The notes beneath the pieces are model-generated. The model searched no databases. It was not told the DNA's origin and saw only the letters and a list, made by a program, of their open reading frames with translations. A program made the translations under genes and the position numbers. A stretch of 58,104 nucleotides of DNA from Octopus sinensis (lineage: Eukaryota): the NCBI RefSeq assembly GCF_006345805.1, contig NW_021833578.1, positions 1 to 58,104 of the forward strand. Reading direction: 5' to 3'. Shown here one piece after another: positions 51,536 to 58,104 of the stretch (the stretch's first letter is position 1; each line of letters starts with the position of its first letter).

Positions 51536-52631
51536 ATATATATATATATATATATATATATCATATATATATATATAACGGGAAGCTTTATGAAAATATG
51601 TGTGTGTGTGTGTGTGAGTGTATGTATATTCACATATATTCATACATGCCTGCAACACAGTGGAATCAAAGGCATGTGTATGGTCTTAGACTATGCGCCG
51701 CACATTAGTCGAAAGTGATCTAAAAACTTCCCTTTTTACTTAAGAGAAAAATGAGAAATGGCATTTAATTACATTTCTCTGATGTAATCTGTCATGCCTT
51801 GCAGCAGTGACCAAACATAGGAGTTACTTGTAGAATGTATATGCTGTTTTCGTTCGTTCAATAATTCAGCATAAGCTTCCTAGTGCATCTCTTTTATATT
51901 GAATAACTTAACTGATAGCAAACTATTATTTATGCAAATCATGACAACCAGCATAGTGGAGATCTTATTAGCAGTGATTATCCGTTTAAATTTATAGTTT
52001 TCCGAGCATTAACAAATGTAAGTGCATGGTCTGTCAAGAGGGAAACAAGTAAGGTAGAAAGAGGTCAGTCCAGTTATTTCTATAAGTTTATTCAGTGCAT
52101 ACAATACACATCGCTGTAGTGATTAAAACATTTGCGGTGATTTAATAAAGTATACTTAGGGGTTTTTACATTTGAAAAACAAAGATAAAATTACACATAT
52201 AAACACATTTTTGGGAGTATTTGATTGTGAATGTGTGTTCGCGCGCAAGTGTGTGTATTTGTGTGTGTGTGTGTACACTTACTAAATTTCATCTGCAGAA
52301 AATTACAAAATGGGACAAGACTTTTTTAAAATACATTCATACATATATGATTGGCTGTGTGGTAAGAAGCTTGCTTCCCGACCACATGGTTCTGAGTTCA
52401 GTCCCACTACGCGGCAACTTAGGCAAGTGTCATCTACTTACCCGCGGGCTGACCAAAGTCTTATGAATTGATTTCGTTGACGGAAACTGAAAGAAGCCCA
52501 TCATCCATCATCCATCATCCATCCATCCATCCATCCATCCATCCATCCATCCATCCATCCATACATACATACATACATACATACATAAATACATAAATAT
52601 ATATATATATCTCTATCTCTCTCTATATATA

Positions 52632-53354
52632 TTGTGGTTGAGCTTTTTCCCTTTTACCAAGCCACTGTTTACGACGTTTAACTTTTCGATAGAAGATCCA
52701 TTTTTTGTTACCAGTCAAAAATCTATAAAAAAAAGATGAAATAAGTTCGCGAGAATGGAGAGAAGAGCAGATGTTAACTCGGGCTTCGAGATTTGTGGTT
52801 GCTTTCGAACAATTCATGAGGCATGAATTTTCCAAGTTTAGGAAACTTTCCAAGTTGTTGAAGAGGACGATGAACAGTTGTATGGTTTGAACTAAGCTTT
52901 ATTGCCAATTCTTCAACTGATAATGCAGGATTTTCTTCAAGTAATGCCTCAAGGAGCTTATCAAACTCAACTGGGCGTCCTGTTCGATCTTCATATTCAA
53001 GGCTGAAATCTCCACTTCTGAATTTTGCAAACCATCTTCTGCAAGTTCTTTCATTCAAGTATTCTTTCCCATAAACTGAGTGTATGTTTCGAGTCACTTT
53101 GGCTGCAGAGTTTCCTCTTTTGTACTCATAAATCATTATGTACCTTAAATGCTCTTTGGACACTTCCATGTTAGAAAGGGTTTTAATCAAAGAAATTTGA
53201 ATTCTATTATTCTGTAAAATAATATTTAATTAGTTTAAATGTACACAAATGCATACAAATAATTTTAAATTCCATTAGACATTCTAAAATACTATTAAAT
53301 TTCATTCAATTTTAAAAACGGTAAAATCGGACAGAACTTATGGGATGACCTGAT
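52632..53354 (-). mobile_element. Mariner transposon 5' half, transposase pseudogene
   Basis: TIR TCAGGTCATCCCATAAGTTCTGTCCG; MEVSKEHLR..YEYKRG, RRWFAKFRSGDFSL, GRP; after a frameshift RVNICSSL...LTGNKKWIFY. Confidence 0.9.
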
Positions 53355-53360
53355 GTAAAT

Positions 53361-53715
53361 ATATGTTTCTTTATTAGCCACACAGGGCTGCACACAGATA
53401 GAACAAATTACAAGGTAGAGCTTTTCTTTTGAAGGTTTAAAAAAAATAAATAAATAAATAAATAAAAAATTAAAAATAAAAAAAAATTTAAAAAAAGGAA
53501 GGGGGAGTTTCGATCAAAAGGGATCGTAAAAGGAGAGAAAGAGGACAAAAAAAAGGGGGTTAAAAAAAGGGGGGAGAGGAAAAAAAATTGATCAATAGGG
53601 ATCGTTATCACAGAAATGTCAATATGAAGTGTAAAGGAGAGGACAGGTGAGGTTTACCCGTGGCAAGAAAAGCCTACGGAAAAGACCACGGTAACCTCGG
53701 TCAATGGAGTCACAT
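53361..53715 (-). mobile_element. L1/Tx1-like LINE 3' UTR end
   Basis: Pyrimidine-rich UTR ending CCCTGTGTGGCTAATAAAGAAA; tail homologous to SINE-A and Y; clade from memory. Confidence 0.55.
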
Positions 53716-54256
53716 GTTATCTTTCTTTTTTTTTTTGCGAAAATATAAAAATGTGTGTGAGTGCTTCAGTTCAGGTATCATTCTGTGTGTCTGTATCAGT
53801 GTCATTTACAGATATTTAGATTGGTACATGAAAATGAAATTGGTAAATTTCCTTAGTGCTGTCCGAGCCGCTGAATATCTTCAGTGTTTTCGTTCTTTCC
53901 TGTGTCAAATATGTTTATATGCAAGCATAACATACATAGAGACAGAGGTAGACGTACATGTACGTGTTAGCAGCGTGTATATGTACGTGTGTATACGCAT
54001 TTGTGCGTGTCATTAAGTAGGTAGCTGGCTATAAACACGATCTTTCGTTTATATTGGAACGAAGACTGTTTATAAAGTAACGTCTATGTGCGAACGCGCG
54101 TATATACATACATGGATACGAACGTACTCATACGTGTGTATACGTATAATATATACATACATAAATGTAGTTTGCATATATGTTTATATATATGAATGTA
54201 TGTATAAAATTATATATATGTGTGCATATTCGTGCGTGTAATTCTGTGTGTATGAA

Positions 54257-54304
<48 letters not shown>

Positions 54305-54305
54305 A

Positions 54306-54338
<33 letters not shown>

Positions 54339-54362
54339 GCTATTATCTATCTATCTATCTAA

Positions 54363-54394
<32 letters not shown>

Positions 54395-56553
54395 TATATA
54401 TACATATATATGTATGTATACATAAGTTATATGTATGCATATATATTGACACATGTACAGAATTAGATATTTGTATAGGGGAAATATGTGTGTATATCTG
54501 TGTGTGTATACACACACACACATAGATATATATATATACATATATAATATATATATTTATGTGTGTATATAAATGTAAACTCACACACACACATGGACGC
54601 ACAGACAGAAAGACACACACATACACACACAAGCACAGAAACACACATGCTCACGTAATTAATGCCAATGTTTACGGTTGTATATGAAAAGCAATGTCAA
54701 GACTCGGTAAAAAGAAGGAACACTGTTTGTGAGAAAGAGAGATTGTTTAAGATGGATTTCCGTTAATGAAGACGGAATTTCAATTTTATAAGAAGCAATA
54801 AATAACGTATAAAATTAAAAATAATAATAAGGAAATGAAATGAACGAATAAATAAAGTCAACAGGAAAAGTTGTAATTGCCACATAAACTATCATATTAT
54901 ATATGTGTGTACGCATGTATGTGTGCATGCATGCGTCTGTCATATATATGTACGTGTGTGTGTATGTATGTGTGTGTGTATCTATATGCATGTTTGTATG
55001 CATTAATGTATGTATGTGCATGTATCTCTACATCTGTATGTATGTAAATTTGCATGTATGTGCGTAGAAGACTATGTGTATGTGCAATATGCACAAATGT
55101 ATTATGTGTGTATGTAAGCATATATATATACATAATTATATACATATATATAAATATATATACACATATAAATATGCATACATATATGAATATATATATA
55201 TATATATACATATATACATATATACATACATACAGTCATACAATATATAAAATATAAATATATATATATTATATATATATAATACATATTTTATATGTAT
55301 ATATACATTATAAACGCACGCATGTGCAATGATACAGTAATAGAACGATTACTTATAAACGAATATATATATATCTTCATTTACACATACATTCACACAC
55401 ACAAGCACACGCACAGATACATGCTCACACAGACTCACACACACCATATATATATATATAGTGTGTATGAGAATACTTTGGAATGAATAGTCACTATTCG
55501 AACTGCTCTAACTTTTCAAGTGATTTGGCTTGAAGAAAGAAAAAACAGAGCATGTTAATGAAGATAGAAACACAACCAGCCATAGGTGTTCAAGATATGT
55601 ACACACTTTATTACTTGATACTGTTTTCAGAAATTTCGATGGAGGGGTAAATCGATTACATCAACTCTAGAACTCTCCTGGTACTTATTTTACCAACCCG
55701 AGAAGATGAAAAGAAATGCTGACCTCGGTGGAATTTGGAGTCAGAAAGTATAGGCGAACGAAATGCTGCTGAGCATTTTGCCTTGTGTGTTAATGATTCT
55801 GCCAACCGATGCCTTTTCATTGCTTAATATTACATGATATAATGATATCTTTACAGCTGTTTCGATGCATCCCACAAATAGAAACGCAATTGAATTAACA
55901 AAACCATAGAAGTTGACATAACACCTATACAATTAATGATGAATTACAGTATATTGATAGAAGAAAATGCTTATGTATCACGGTGTGTGTGTATAGCATG
56001 TATGTGCACTTATTTGCGTTTATCTGCTGAATTTTACATAATATGCGTATTCGTAGAGTCTATCAACATAATGCGTCGAAGGAGCAGAAAAATTCTCCCC
56101 ATATCTTGTTATATTATGTAATAACGTATCTAAATATATATTCATTCAACAGACAATTACACATCTCTCTCCCTCATATATACATGCATGTATTTGAGTG
56201 TGTGTGTGTATGATATATATATATAGATATAGATATAAATATATACACTCATATATATATATGATAGATATACATATATATATATAATATGTATATATAT
56301 GTATTCTATCTATATGCATATGCATATATATGTATATATATATGTATGTATATATAATTATATATATATATATAGGATATAATATATCTATATATATATT
56401 ATATATATATATATATAATACATCAATGTCTTACATGTTTCAGTCATGGACTACGGTCATGCTGGAATACACTTTTGAGAGTTTAGCCGTAGAAATAGAC
56501 CCGAGCACAGGTTCTTTTAGTGTTAGATACATACATACATACATCATACATAC

Positions 56554-56631
<78 letters not shown>

Positions 56632-56636
<5 letters not shown>

Positions 56637-56792
56637 ATCCAAACATGAAAACACAAAGAGAAACAACAACGCGAGGACGAAGGAGGGTTTAACGTTTCGA
56701 GCGGAGCTCTTCGTCAGAAACATAGGAAAAGGAAAGATCCAAAGAAGGGAAGACGGAGAAAAAAAAATCGCCAACGGTACACACGCGGTCAC
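56632..56792 (-). mobile_element. Hammerhead mini-element (family HH-2)
   Basis: 3' end abuts long (TA)n; same layout as HH-1. Confidence 0.68.
56687..56721 (-). ncRNA. Minimal type I hammerhead ribozyme
   Basis: GTTT-CTGACGAA-GAGC(TCC)GCTC-GAAAC-GTT-AAAC. Confidence 0.75.
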
Positions 56793-57474
56793 TTCTACAT
56801 CTATGTATATGTGTCTGCTATTTTGTTTGTCCCTCACTAACAATTGATAAACGGTGCTGGTTTGTTTAAACCCCCGTAATCTAACGGAAAGTCGATAGAA
56901 TGAATATGTATCAGATTTTTCGATAAAAAAACTGCAACGGGATCAATTTGAAGGTGGTAACCCAACAACGCAGCAGTCCACTAGCTGAAATACGCACACG
57001 ATAACAGATACTTATACACAAACACCTAGGCATTACAATACAAAAACACACATACACACACACACATAGACACACACACATCTGAATTCTAACAAAAAGA
57101 TAAAAATCACTAAACTACTAACGTACATTATACATAAAGTACAACATCCACATATACAAATACTATGCAAATACACACACACACATACCACACACACACA
57201 CAGACATACACACTTACACAAACACGTACATACACAAATACAAAGAGGATACTGTAAACACGTATGTATATCTTGTAGCAATAGTAGAACGACCGACACG
57301 CATGTCTGAAAACGCACGCGATAAGCTTTCAGCGCCTAATTCAACTGTTTACAGGCAAAATATGGTGCCGTCAGAGCGTAGCACATAAATAACTTACAGT
57401 CTTTAGTCGAGCGTGAAAGGCAGCGCTATACCACCCACAGCGTACAAGCGCATGTGACCAACATGATGCATCGC

Positions 57475-57530
<56 letters not shown>

Positions 57531-57531
<1 letters not shown>

Positions 57532-57776
57532 CATAGTAGATGCATTAGGCATGATAAAAAAATATTCGGACAAATACATAACAAAAACACCAGGACTTAC
57601 AAACACATATAACATACAGAAAATTGCACTACTAGGCACTGCACACATCCTACGCAGAAACACTTTCCATACAATAACATCAGAGAGCATCACAACAAAT
57701 CACAGCACATACCCAAGGCACACAGAGCTACGCTCGGTAGTGAAGTGAAATGCACGCTATAAAAATAAACTACTGA
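57531..57776 (+). mobile_element. R4/Dong-like 3' fragment (fourth family)
   Basis: IIVDALGMIKK...IQKIALLGTAHILRR; (TAA)n on both sides. Confidence 0.85.
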
Positions 57777-57834
57777 ATAATAATAATAATAATAATAATA
57801 TAATAATAATAATAATGATAATAATAATAATGAT

Positions 57835-58063
57835 ACTCTTTACTCTTTTACTCTTTTATTTCAGTCATTTGACTGCGGCCATGCTGGAGCACCGCCTTTT
57901 AGTCGAGCAAATCGACCCCGGGACTTATTCTTTGTAAGCCCAGTACTTATTCTATCGGACTCTTTTGCCGAACCGCTGATTGACGGGGACGTAAACACAC
58001 CAGCACCGGTTGTCAAGCAATGCTAGAGGGACAAACACAGATACACAAACCACACACACACAC

Positions 58064-58103
<40 letters not shown>

Positions 58104-58104
58104 C
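57835..58104 (-). mobile_element. SINE-B 3' half (runs off the window)
   Basis: Reverse-complement match. Confidence 0.9.

Noticed and set aside
53812-53910. Possible host micro-exon (+, 53812-53842, AG/GT-bounded) or a minus-strand peptide KTLKIFSGSDSTKEIYQFHF reminiscent of a PTP segment
   Set aside because: Too short, weak splice sites, no WPD continuation; needs RNA-seq or tBLASTx

Overview
Repeat-dominated, AT-rich animal genomic DNA. The SINE families, the dense (TA)n/(TATG)n/(TAT)n microsatellites and the retroelement fragments look like an octopus (coleoid cephalopod) genome; this is pattern recognition, not a database result. I can support no host protein-coding gene, and nearly all long ORFs in the track are translations of microsatellites or satellites. 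The window holds about 40 copies or fragments of three tRNA-derived SINE families (working names SINE-A, -B, -C), RTE, CR1-like and four R4/Dong-like LINE 3' fragments, an L1/Tx1-like 3' end, two mariner remnants, a non-autonomous Helitron, a GGATC-TIR MITE family and several satellites. Three things stand out. (1) A 4.8-kb Naiad-type Penelope-like element (RT + GIY-YIG) at 34660-39432, with 1.9-kb inverted arms, a type I hammerhead ribozyme in each arm and an ORF that can be rebuilt from the two copies. (2) At least four further small hammerhead-bearing element families. (3) A non-autonomous LINE-derived element ('Y') inserted twice in tandem, with a 15-bp target motif, into stem I of one of those hammerheads; its 3' tail is homologous to the tail of SINE-A. 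Boundaries were read by eye and may be off by several bases.
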